From Anaeramoeba ignava BMAN (taxonomy: Eukaryota > Protista > Anaeramoebae), in contig JAPDFW010000080.1 of NCBI GenBank assembly GCA_028826165.1, positions 1-64,000 on the forward strand: a stretch of DNA of 64,000 bases, written 5' to 3'. Position 1 is the first letter of the stretch. Every line of letters begins with the position of its first letter. Made by a program: the position numbers and the translations under genes. Shown here piece by piece: positions 24,501-36,500 of the stretch. Below the pieces are notes generated by a model. It ran no database searches and was not told the origin of the DNA. It saw nothing but the letters and a program-made list of their open reading frames with translations.

Positions 24501-27235
24501 TGATTAATTTTTTTTTTGATTTTAATTAATAATTAATAATTATTTATTTATTATTTTGTAAATTTATTTAATTTTGATTTATTTTTTGTAATTATTTTTG
24601 GTATTTTTTGATTTAATTTTTGATTAATGATTAATAAATAAAAATAGAAAATAATATTTTTTATTTTTTATTTACCTTTATCATTATAAGCAATACTCCA
24701 TAAAGCTCCACATCCTTGTTTTTGAATATCTTGATTATTTTGGAAATTATTCATTGCTTTAATAATAGGTTCAATTCCTTTTAAATTTCTTATTTCAATT
24801 TCGGTTTTCTATTTTAATATTTTTATTTTTGAAAATAAATTTGAAATTGATTAATTTTTTTTTTGATTTTAATTAATAATTAATAATTATTTATTTATTA
24901 TTTTGTAAATTTATTTAATTTTGATTTATTTTTTGTAATTATTTTTGGTATTTTTTGATTTAATTTTTAATTTTGAATTTCAATAAAAAAAATGGAAAAT
25001 AAATAATATTTAATTTTTAATTTTTATTTTTTATTTACCATCATTAACAGCAATATTCCATAAAGCTCCACATCCTTGTTTTTGAATATCTTGATTATTT
25101 GGGAAATTATTCATTGATTTAATAATAGGTTCAATTCCTTTTAAATTTCTTATTTCAATTCGGTTTTCTATTTTAATATTTTTATTTTTGAAAATAAATT
25201 TGAAATTGATTAATTTTTTTTTTTGATTTTAATTAATAATTAATAATTATTTATTTATTATTTTGTAAATTTATTTAATTTTGATTTATTTTTTGTAATT
25301 ATTTTTGGTATTTTTTGATTTAATTTTTGATTAATGATTAATAAATAAATAGATTAAAATAATTTTTTTTAATTTTATTTACCATTATTATTAGCAGCAA
25401 TAATCCATAAAGCTCCACATCCATATTTTTGAATATCTTGATTATTTTGGAAATTATTCATTGCTTTAATAACACATTTTATTCCTTTTAAATTTCTGAG
25501 TTTATTTCGATTATCTTTAAGTATTGAGTTTTAATATTGATTTTGAATTTTTTTTTAGAATTAAAAATTAAAGCAAAAAAAAAGTAATTTTAATTTAAAT
25601 TTTAATTTTGGAAAATAATAAAAAGATATAAAATTTTTACCTTCATTTTCTCTGGCAAATTTTTGTAAAATAAAACATCCATTTTCTTGAATTTTTTGAT
25701 TATTTGGGTATTGTTTCATATATTTTATTGTTTCTTCAATAGAATCTTTTTTTAATTTTGTTTTTAAATTTGAATTTAAATTTCAAAATAATTTTTTAAT
25801 AATTTAAAATTTAAAACAATTTACTTTCATTTAAATTTGAAATTTTATTTATAAAATCTTCTAAAGTTTTGTGAGCCTTTATTTCTGATTCAAAAATTTC
25901 TAATTGTGGTTTGATTTCTTTGATCTTATTTTTTTGTTTTTGAATTTTGTTTTCTTTTTGTTGAATGGTTTGTTTAAGTTGATTAATTTCTTGATCTTTT
26001 TGTTGAATAGTTTGTTTAAGTTGATTAATTTCTTTATCTTTTTGTTGAATAGTTTATTTTGTCTTGTCTTTTATTTTTTTTTTTAAGTTTTTTTTTCTTG
26101 ATTTAATTTCTTGATTTTTGATTAATTAATTGAAGTTGATCAGTTGAAGGTAAAATTGGATTATTTTGAGTTCTTGAATAATTTGAAATAAATCCTTCAT
26201 TTTTAATATTATCAATAATTAAATGAAAATCTTGAATTTCATTATTGATTTCTTGAATTTGAATTGGATCAATATATTTTTCTTTATTTATTAAATTTTT
26301 ATTGCTTTGTTTGAATTTATTTTTCCAATCTTGAGCTAATTTCCAAATTAAATTTATTCTGTTTTCTTTTGGTGTTGATTGAATAATTTGAATAATTTCT
26401 GTTAATTCTTTATTATTAATTGATCCAATTTGTTTTTCTTCAATAATTTTATTAATATTTTCTTTAATAAAATTTTCACAAATATTGGAAAGATAATTTG
26501 ATTCAATGGAAATACTTTTGAAATAAATTGGAATAACATTTTTATTAATTTGTTCTGAAACTTCTTTTCAATTTTGATTGTTAAAGTTTGTTAATTTAAA
26601 ATCTTTTGAAAGTTGAAAATATTTTTCAAATTTGTTTAAATCAAATTTAAATTCTGAATCATAAAGAAATGAAATGATTGATTTAACAATATCATACTCA
26701 AATTGTGGAAGATATAATTCTTCAATTTCTGATTTTTCATGATGATTTTCATAAAAAAATCTTGATCTTGAATTAAGAATTGATTTATGACAAGGAATTT
26801 TTTGATTATTTTTTCCAGCATAAATTATAAAATCACAATTTTCTTCATTTTGAAACATTTTTTTATAATTTGAAAGAAGTTCACAAATTAAAAATTTATT
26901 AAGTTCTTGAGGAGGAAATTGATATAATTTTGATATTTGGATTTTTTGTGATTTTTCTTTTGAATAAATTTCTTGAAATGAAATTTTTTGGATTTGGTTT
27001 TCATTTTGATTTGATTTTGATTTAGATTTCTTTTTTGATTTTGATTTCTTATTTGATTTTTGGTTTGATTTTTATTTGATTTTTGATTGGATTTTTGATT
27101 GGATTTCTTATTAGATTTTTGATTGGATTTCTTATTTGATTTTTGATTGGATTTCTTATTAGATTTCTTATTTGATTTCTTATTGGATTTTTGATTTGAA
27201 TGATTTGAATCAATTTTTTTTGAAGAATCACTCAT
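21503..27235 (-). CDS. BTB/POZ-BACK-coiled-coil protein with an exon-per-repeat armadillo array (N-cap + 11 internal ARM exons + C-cap)
   Basis: ATG at 27235 followed by an SNQK/SNKK low-complexity tract. BTB: CDFIIYAGKNNQKIPCHKSILNSRSRFF...IISFLY. BACK-like: LSNICENFIKENINKII...LIWKLAQDW. Coiled coil: TIQQKDKEINQLKQ repeated. N-cap exon at ~25641-25765. ARM exons at 25383-25514, 25039-25167, 24676-24808, 24333-24461, 23972-24100, 23622-23753, 23269-23397, 22915-23043, 22559-22687, 22210-22338 and 21862-21993. Terminal exon 21503-21630 (...QEKGKWALEKLQKN*). Several homopolymer frameshifts in the 5' part. Confidence 0.85.
21631..25514 (-). repeat. Tandem array of 11 exon+intron units, 343-363 bp each
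   Basis: Near-identical ~220-nt introns (GTAAATAAAA...AAAATATTAAAATAG) alternate with 129/132-nt exons encoding ENKIEIRNLKGIEPIIKAMNNFQNNQDIQxxGCxALxxIxxN. Confidence 0.95.
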
Positions 27236-27669
27236 TTTTTTCTTTTTTTTAATTTTATTTTTTTTTAAAATAAAAAAAGGAAAATTTATTTTTTAATGGA
27301 ATAAATAAAATAAATATTTATGAAATAATAATAAATCAATAATAAAAATAATTTCTTTTTCATTTTCATTTTCAATTAAATTTTAATTTAAATTTTTTAT
27401 TGATAATTTTTTATTGATAATTTTTTTGTTAATAAAATTTAATTTAGAAATTTATTTTTCCTTTTTTTTTTGTTTATTGAAATAATAATAAATTAATAAG
27501 TAATTAACAATTATTTTGTTTTAATTCCATTTAAATTTTATATTTATATTATTTATTATTATTAAATTTTATTTTTATTTTTGTTTTTTGTTTTTAAAAT
27601 TTAAGAAAAAATATTTACTTAATTTTAAATTTTGTTTTTTTTTAAAAGAAAAAAATGAAAAAAAAATAA

Positions 27670-29050
27670 AAATGGAATAAAGAATATTAAATAATTAAAT
27701 TTGGAATCAATTCTTTTTATATATTTTATCAACATTTATTTTATTAATTACCAAAAAAAAAATTACAAAATATTAAAATAAAATTTAAAAATGGAATAAA
27801 GAAAATTAAATAATTAAATGGAAAAATTTTATATATTTTAATTAATTTATTTTAAAAATAATTACCAAAAATTAAATAAAATTGATATTTAAAAATGGAA
27901 TAAAGAAATTAAATAATTAAATTTGGAATTAATTCTATTTTATATATTTTATCAATATTTATTTATTCAAAATAATATAAAATAATTACCAATAATTAAA
28001 TAAAATTGATAAAATATTTTAATTAATTTATTTAAAAAATGGAATAAAGAAAATTAAATAATTAAATTTGGAATCAATTCTATTTTATATATTTTATCAA
28101 CATTTATTTATTCAGAATAATATAAAATAATTACCAAAAATTAAATAAAATTGATAAAATATTTTAATAAATTATTTAAAAAATGGAATAAAGAATATTA
28201 AATAATTAAATTTGGAATCGAATTCTATTTTATATATTTTATCAATATTTATTTATTCAAAATAATATAAAATAATTACCAAAAATTAAATAAAATTGAT
28301 AAAATATTTTAATTAATTTATTTAAAAAATGGAATAAAAGAAAATTAAATAATTAAATTTGGAATCAATTCTATTTTTATATATTTTATCAACATTTATT
28401 TATTCAAAATAATATAAAAATAATTTCCAAAAATTAAATAAAATTGATAAAATATTTTAATTAATTTATTTAAAAATGGAATAAAGAAAATTAAATAATT
28501 AAATTTGGAATAAATTCTTTTTAAACATTTTATTAATATTTATTTATTCAAAAATAATATAAAATAATTACCAAAAATTAAATAAAAATTGATAAAATAT
28601 TTTAATTAATTTATTTAAAAATGGAATAAAGAAAATTAAATAATTAAATTTGGAATCAATTCTATTTTATATATTTTATCAATATTTATTTATTCAGAAT
28701 AATATAAAATAATTACCAAAAATTAAATAAAATTGATAAAATATTTTAATTAATTTATTTCAAAAATGGAATAAAGAAAATTAAATAATTAAATTTGGAA
28801 TTAATTCTATTTTTATATTTTATCAACATTTATTTATTCAAAATAATATAAAATAATTACCAAAAATTAAATAAAATTGATAAAAATATTTTAATTAATT
28901 TATTTAAAAATGAATAAAGAAAATTAAATAATTAAATTTGGAATCAATTCTATTTTTATATATTTTATTAATATTTCTTTATTCAGAATAATATAAAATA
29001 ATTACCAAAAATTAAATAAAATTAACAAAATATTTTAATAAATTTATTTC
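27670..29050. repeat. ~145-bp satellite: 8 full units plus 2 short degenerate units
   Basis: ATGGAATAAAG anchors at 27895, 28039, 28183, 28329, 28476, 28621, 28766 and 28910 (spacing 144-147). Confidence 0.93.
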
Positions 29051-29117
29051 TTTTTTAATAATTTTTAATAAAAATAAAATTTGAATTCAATTTTATTTCA
29101 AGTTAAATAATCTTTTC

Positions 29118-29967
<850 letters not shown>

Positions 29968-30570
29968 TTAAGATTTAAATTTGATTTAATGTTGAAAATT
30001 AAATTTAAATTTAAATGAGAAAGGAAAAAAAAAGAAGAAAAAATTGTTTTTGTTTTATTTTTCTCCTTTTTTTTTCCTTTTTTTTTAAAATTAAATTAAA
30101 AAAAATGAGATGATGTGTAAAATTTTTGTTTTTGGTTTTTTTTTTTATTAAAACGGATCCTTTGAAAAATTTTAAAGAAGAACTTTTATTTGATTTAAAA
30201 AGATTAAAAAGATTAAATTTAAATTGATGAAAAAAAAACAAAAAATAGAAACAAATAAAATAAGTTTTGAATAGGATTCTTATTTTAATCTTGAAAGAAA
30301 AAAAATTTATACTTTGTTTTTCTTTTTATAATAATAAATTTTTTAAAAAGTTTTTGAAAAAAGAAACAAAAAAGAACTAAAAAAATTTTTTTTTTTAGAT
30401 TTTAATAAAAAACAAATAAGATCATTTTTCTTTTCTCTTCTTTTCTTTTCTTTTCTTTTCTTTTGTTTTCTTTTCAAAAAGTAAGAAAGATTTTTTCTTT
30501 TCAAATCAAAAAAAAACACAAAACTAATTGAAAAAATTTGCATTTTAGTTCAATCCAATAAAAAAAAAAA

Positions 30571-33363
30571 ATGAACTTAATTATTTTCCTTTTCATAATA
30601 ATTAACATTTTCTTAATTCAAAGCTTGCCCCCATCATTCCAAGAATCATTTCAAGAATCATTTCAAGAATCATTTCAAGAATCATTTCAAGAATCATTTC
30701 AAGAATCATTTCAAGAATCATTTCAAGAATCATTTCAAGAATCATTTCAAGAAACATGCAGATATTATTCTTCTCTGAATGAGGCTTGGGTTTGGAGTTT
30801 ATTAGATCAATTTAGTGAACCAGTTTCATTTTTCGGATCGTCTGTTTCAATTTATAAAGATGTTCTTGTTATTGGAGCGCAAGGATCCTCAGAGGCATAT
30901 ATTTACAGATATAATGGAACACATTTTGATCTTGAACAAACATTGAATCAACCAACATCAAATTTTGGATATTCTGTTTCTGTTTCCGAAAATGTTCTTT
31001 TTGTTATAGCTGATACTAGTGGAACGCAAGGATATGTTTACAGATATAATGGGACATATTGGAATCTTGAGCAAACATTCGATCACTCTGTGCCGTATTT
31101 AATTGTTAGTGGTTCGATTTATAAAAATTTAATTCTTCTTACTCCTGATTGCCAACAGAATCAAGTTTTTGCTTACAGATATAATGGATCAACTTGGATT
31201 CTTGAACAAACTTTCACTGGAGCTCACAATTTTGGATATTCTCTTGGAATTTATGAAGATGTTATTGTTATTGGATCTTGGAGTGGAGATCAAGCATTTG
31301 TTTACAGATATAATGGATCAGTTTGGAATCAAGAACAGATTTTGGACGAATACCTTTCATATTTTGGGTATTCTGTTGCTATTTATGAAGATATCATTGT
31401 AGTAGGTACTTTGAATATGAAACAAGTATTTATTTACAGATATAATGGGACATATTGGAATCTTGAACAAAATTTCGATGAGTATTTAATTTCAAGTCTT
31501 GGATCTACTATTTCAGTTTATAAAGATATTATTGTTGCTGGAGCAAATAGTGCCAATCAGGCATTGATTTACAGATATAATGGAACAATTTGGAATGAAG
31601 AACAAAATTACAATGGAACGGGAAATTTTGGAAAGTCTGTTTCAAATTATGGGAATGTTGTTGTTATTGGAACTTCTGATGCAAATCAAGCATTTGCTTA
31701 TAAAAACGATTTCATTCCTCAAGCTAATATTATTAATTGTTCATCTTTGTTTTCATCATTTGATTGTTATTGGTATAAAAGTGAGTTTTTAGGAACTTTG
31801 AAATATCAAATCAATTATGGATATGATTGGATTGATATTGATTCTCCAATTCTTGAAGATGGGAATGTTTATTATCAATTATTTAATTCTTCAATTTATG
31901 ATAATATTACTGGGAATGAATATTATTCAATTCAAATTCAAGCTTGCGATAATTCAATAATGAAATGTGGTGAACCTTCTTCTTTTATTAATTTAACAAC
32001 AAAAATTGATTCTGTAAAAGATTTCCAATTATTCAATCCTTCAAATTATTCAATTAATGCTACTTGGAACTATCCTAATGTTCAAATCAATGAAGGAATT
32101 GCTCATCTTGATCATTACAATCTTTCTTATTTCATTCAATCAGAACCTGATTTAATATCTTTCATTTCAGTTGATAATTCTTCACTTGATTATCTTTTGA
32201 ATAATTTAGAATGTGGAAATGATTATAATGTTTCAATTTGTGGATGTAGAACACAAGAATGTGAAGGAGATGACAAAGGAGAACTTGTTGAATCATCAAT
32301 TTCATTAATATTTGGAGAAGTTACAGATTTTTCATGTTCAATTTCATATTCAATAGATATTAATTGTAATTGGAATCAACCAATTAATTGTTCAATTCCA
32401 TTTTATTATAATTTTACTTATCAATCAATTTCTCAAAATGATTCTGGAAATTATCAACCAACATCATCAAATCAACAATTTACAGCTCAATTTCCAAATC
32501 AAGAATATCAAATCAATGTATCAGCATGCGATTCAAATGGAAAATGTGGATATATTTCATCAATTTCAATTACAACTGATAATTTACCAATAGCTCCAAC
32601 AATTTATGAAACAATTTCCAAAATTGAAGAAATTGAATTTAATTTTACAAAATTAACAAATGCAAATAATTATTCAATTTCACTTGATAATGGAACAAAT
32701 TGGCAAAAATTCACATCTCTTGATTTAAGTGGAAATGAAATAATTGGAACAATAAATGGAATATCAGGAAATATTGAATATAATATTTCAATTCGAGGAT
32801 GTGTTGATTTAAATTGTGAAACACCATATTTAGGAGAACCAAGTTCAATCATTTCAAAAGGAGCTAAATTAGGAAATATTACTTCATTAAATTGTACATC
32901 CTTGATTAATGGATTTATTTGTACTTGGCATCCATTAATTTTATCAAGTGGATTAAAAGCTTATTCATTTACTTTCAATTCAATCTCAATTTGTTTGCCC
33001 AGTTTCACCAATTATTATTCAATTTCAGGATTACAAGGAGGAGAATATTATGAAATTTCAGTTTATTCATCAGCTAATTCAAATTGTTTAGATAATGAAT
33101 ATTCAGGAATTAATTCAATAACATCAGTTACAACATTATCTCCAAACGATCCATGTGAACCATGCGAGCCATGCCAACAAACTGATAATTCAAACAATTC
33201 CAACACAACAACAATAACTGTTGGAATATTTGTTCCAATTATTGCTATTTTAATAGTTATTATTGCAATTCTTTTATATCAGAAAAAAAAGAAAAAAACA
33301 AAATCCAAAAATCTAAATCAAAAACAAGAAGAAAAAGAACTTCAAGCTGATTTGGATCTTTAA
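30571..33363 (+). CDS. Type I membrane protein: FG-GAP-like beta-propeller + fibronectin type III domains, 930 aa, intronless
   Basis: Signal peptide; (SFQE)n tract; about 7 repeats of FGYSVxIYEDxIVVG...AFxYRYNGTxWNLEQ; FN3-like units (W..P...Y..., Y.VSVSAC); TM ITVGIFVPIIAILIVIIAILLY followed by KKKKK. Confidence 0.85.
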   Translation: MNLIIFLFIIINIFLIQSLPPSFQESFQESFQESFQESFQESFQESFQESFQESFQESFQETCRYYSSLNEAWVWSLLDQFSEPVSFFGSSVSIYKDVLVIGAQGSSEAYIYRYNGTHFDLEQTLNQPTSNFGYSVSVSENVLFVIADTSGTQGYVYRYNGTYWNLEQTFDHSVPYLIVSGSIYKNLILLTPDCQQNQVFAYRYNGSTWILEQTFTGAHNFGYSLGIYEDVIVIGSWSGDQAFVYRYNGSVWNQEQILDEYLSYFGYSVAIYEDIIVVGTLNMKQVFIYRYNGTYWNLEQNFDEYLISSLGSTISVYKDIIVAGANSANQALIYRYNGTIWNEEQNYNGTGNFGKSVSNYGNVVVIGTSDANQAFAYKNDFIPQANIINCSSLFSSFDCYWYKSEFLGTLKYQINYGYDWIDIDSPILEDGNVYYQLFNSSIYDNITGNEYYSIQIQACDNSIMKCGEPSSFINLTTKIDSVKDFQLFNPSNYSINATWNYPNVQINEGIAHLDHYNLSYFIQSEPDLISFISVDNSSLDYLLNNLECGNDYNVSICGCRTQECEGDDKGELVESSISLIFGEVTDFSCSISYSIDINCNWNQPINCSIPFYYNFTYQSISQNDSGNYQPTSSNQQFTAQFPNQEYQINVSACDSNGKCGYISSISITTDNLPIAPTIYETISKIEEIEFNFTKLTNANNYSISLDNGTNWQKFTSLDLSGNEIIGTINGISGNIEYNISIRGCVDLNCETPYLGEPSSIISKGAKLGNITSLNCTSLINGFICTWHPLILSSGLKAYSFTFNSISICLPSFTNYYSISGLQGGEYYEISVYSSANSNCLDNEYSGINSITSVTTLSPNDPCEPCEPCQQTDNSNNSNTTTITVGIFVPIIAILIVIIAILLYQKKKKKTKSKNLNQKQEEKELQADLDL

Positions 33364-33562
33364 TTCCAATTTTCAATTTTCATTTTTCATTTTTCATTTT
33401 TTCATTTTTCCAATTTTTAAATTTTCAAATCAAAATTAAAACCAAAATCAAAATCAAAATTAAAATCAAAAATCAAAATTAAAATTAAAATTAAAATTTA
33501 TTTTTTCATTTTTCATTTTTCATTTTTCATTTTTTGATCATTTTTTTTATTTTAATTATATA

Positions 33563-36500
33563 ATGTCAATTCAATCACAAATTTCTCAAACTGAATTAAT
33601 AAAAAATTATGATTTGATCAATTTATCCAAAATTTCTGAAAATTCAATTACAGAATGTTTAAAAAAACGAATATATTCAGAAAATAATGAAGTAATTTTT
33701 CTTTTTATTATTTTTTCCACAAAAACAAAAACAAAATAAGAAAAACAAAATAAGAAAAATAAGAAATTGAAGATCTTATTAATAATAATAAATTTTTTTT
33801 TTTGCTTTTTTTTAAACAGCAGATTTATCTTGGATTTTCATTTGTGAAACTTAATAATTATTCAAAAAAGGAATTAAACAAAGAAAATGAATTTAAATTT
33901 TCAAAAGGAAAATTTTATCCACCAAATATTATTTCTTATACTGATTATATTTTCAATAGAATGATTCAAAAACAAGAATCACAAACAATTATTCTTTCGT
34001 AATTCTTTTACTTTTTTTTTTTATTAAATTCAAAATTAACGTTAAAAATTTTTTTTTTAATTAATAATTTATTTTGTAAAATTTTTTTTTAATTAATAAT
34101 TTTAGTGGACAAACTTGCTCAGGTAGAGATAATTTCCCATTAAAATTCTTTTATTTATTCTTTTAAATATCTTTTACAATGATTTAATTTTAAAACCTGT
34201 TTTATTTTTTGAATTTTAATTTTAATTTTAATTTTAATTTTAATATTAATTTTAATTTTAATTTTAATTTTAATATTAATTTTAATATTAATTTTAATTT
34301 TAATTTTAATTTTAATTTTAATTTTAATTTTAATTTTAATATTAATTTTAATTTTAATTTTTAAATGAATTTTTAATTTAAATTTTAATTTTTAATTTTA
34401 ATTTTAATTTTAATTTTAATTTAATTTTAATTTTAATTTTAATTTTAATATTTAATTTTAATTTTAATATTAATTTTAATATTAATTTTAATTTTAATTT
34501 TAATTTTAATTTTAATTTTAATTTTAATTTTAATTTTAATTTTAATTTTAATATTAATTTTAATTTTAATTTTAATTTTAATTTTAATTTTAATTTTTAA
34601 TTTTAATTTTAAATGAATTTTTAATATTAATTTTAATTTTAATTTTAATTTTAATTTTAATATTAATTTTAATTTTATAATTAATTTTAATTTTAATTTT
34701 AATTTTAATTTTAATTTTATAAATGAATATTAATTTAAATTTTATAAATGAATATTAATTTAAATTTTAAATTTAGGCAAAACAAAAACTTTAGATCAAA
34801 TTATGGAATTTTTATTAAATCAACCAACTTTCGATGAAACAAATACTTTAAAAAAAAAAATAAAAGCAAGTTTTAATATACTTTCAAGTTTTGGAAATGC
34901 AGCAACACAAGAAAATAATAATTCAACACGATGTGTTTGTGAAATTATTTTATAAAAATTCTTTTTAGAATAAAAATAACCAATTATTTAAATTTGATTT
35001 ATTTTATTTTCTTTTTTTAAAAAATTTAAAAGGCAATTCTTCCTCAAATTCAATTTAACAAATTTGGAAAATTAACTGGAGCTTTTTTTAATCATTATTT
35101 TTTAGAAACATCAAGAATTTATTCAAGATCACAAAATGAAAGAAATTTTCATATTCTTCATCAATTAGTTAATGGATTAAGTAGAGAAGAAACTGGTACA
35201 TTTTATTCTCATTCCAATTTAAATCAAAAATCAAAATCAAAATTAAAATCAAAATTAAAACTAAAATCAAATATTAAAATCAAAATTAAAATCAAAATTA
35301 AAATCAAAATCAAAATAAATATTGAAATAAATATTAAAATTGAAATAAATATTAAAATTAAAATTAAAATTAAAATTAAAATTAAAATTAAAATTAAAAT
35401 TAAAATTAAAATCAAATATTAAAATTAAAATTAAAATTAAAATCAAATTTAAAATAAATATTAAAATTAAAATTTGTGTAATTAGATGAACTTGGAATTT
35501 TAGGAAAAGAAGAATTTTTATTCTTAAATAATTCAAATCACGAAAATTTTAAGGAAATAAAAGATGCAGAAAATTTTCAAAAAACAAAAAAAGCATTATC
35601 AATACTTGGAATTTCAAAACAACAACAATTAGAAATTTTTCGATTACTTTTTGGATTATTATATTTAGGAAATATTGAATTTAGAAATGAAAATAGAATG
35701 GCAGTAATTTCAAATCAAAATTATGTATTATGGACTGCTTCTTTGTTGGGAATTCCACAAGAATCTTTAACTTCAGTGTTAATAAAAAGAACAATTACTT
35801 CTTCTGTTACTTCAAAAAGGGTTTCAGCTTATCAACTTCCATTAAATACTGATCAAGTTTGTCGACAACAAATTTAAAAATATTCAAATTAAAAAATATT
35901 TAATTTAAAAAATATTTAAATTCAAAAAATATTTAAATTCAAAAATATTTAAAATTAAAAAATATTTAAAATTAAAAAATATTTAAAATTAAAAAATATT
36001 TAAATTAAATAAATATTCAATTCAAAAAATATTTCAATTCAAAAAATATTTAAAATTAAAAAATATTTCAATTAAAAAATATTTCAATTAAAAAATATAT
36101 TTAAATTCAAAAATATTTCAATTAAAAAATTATTTAATTTAAAAATATTTAATTTAAAAATTTAGGCTATTCGCTCGCGTAATGAAATCGTTTCTGAAAT
36201 TTATTTTAGAATATTTGATACTCTCATTCAATTTATAAATCAATCAATCGGAAATAATCCTGATTCGTTTTCACTTAATATTCTTGATTTCCCAGGTTAT
36301 CAAGAAACAAACGGTGATTTAAATCAATTAGTTATCAATTATTTTAATGAAAAAATTCATGAAATAACTGTTCTTTCTGAAATAAATCATCAACAAAATG
36401 AATGTAAAAATGAATATTTAAAATTTCCACAAATTTCTTTGAGAGATCATCAATATTTTTGTGAACTTTATGAAGGAAAAAATCAAACAGGATTTGTGAA

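Noticed and set aside
21631-25514. Repeat-variable-repeat pattern resembling a CRISPR array
   Set aside because: The units are ~350 bp, the variable parts are homologous coding exons with GT-AG boundaries, the context is eukaryotic and no cas genes are present.
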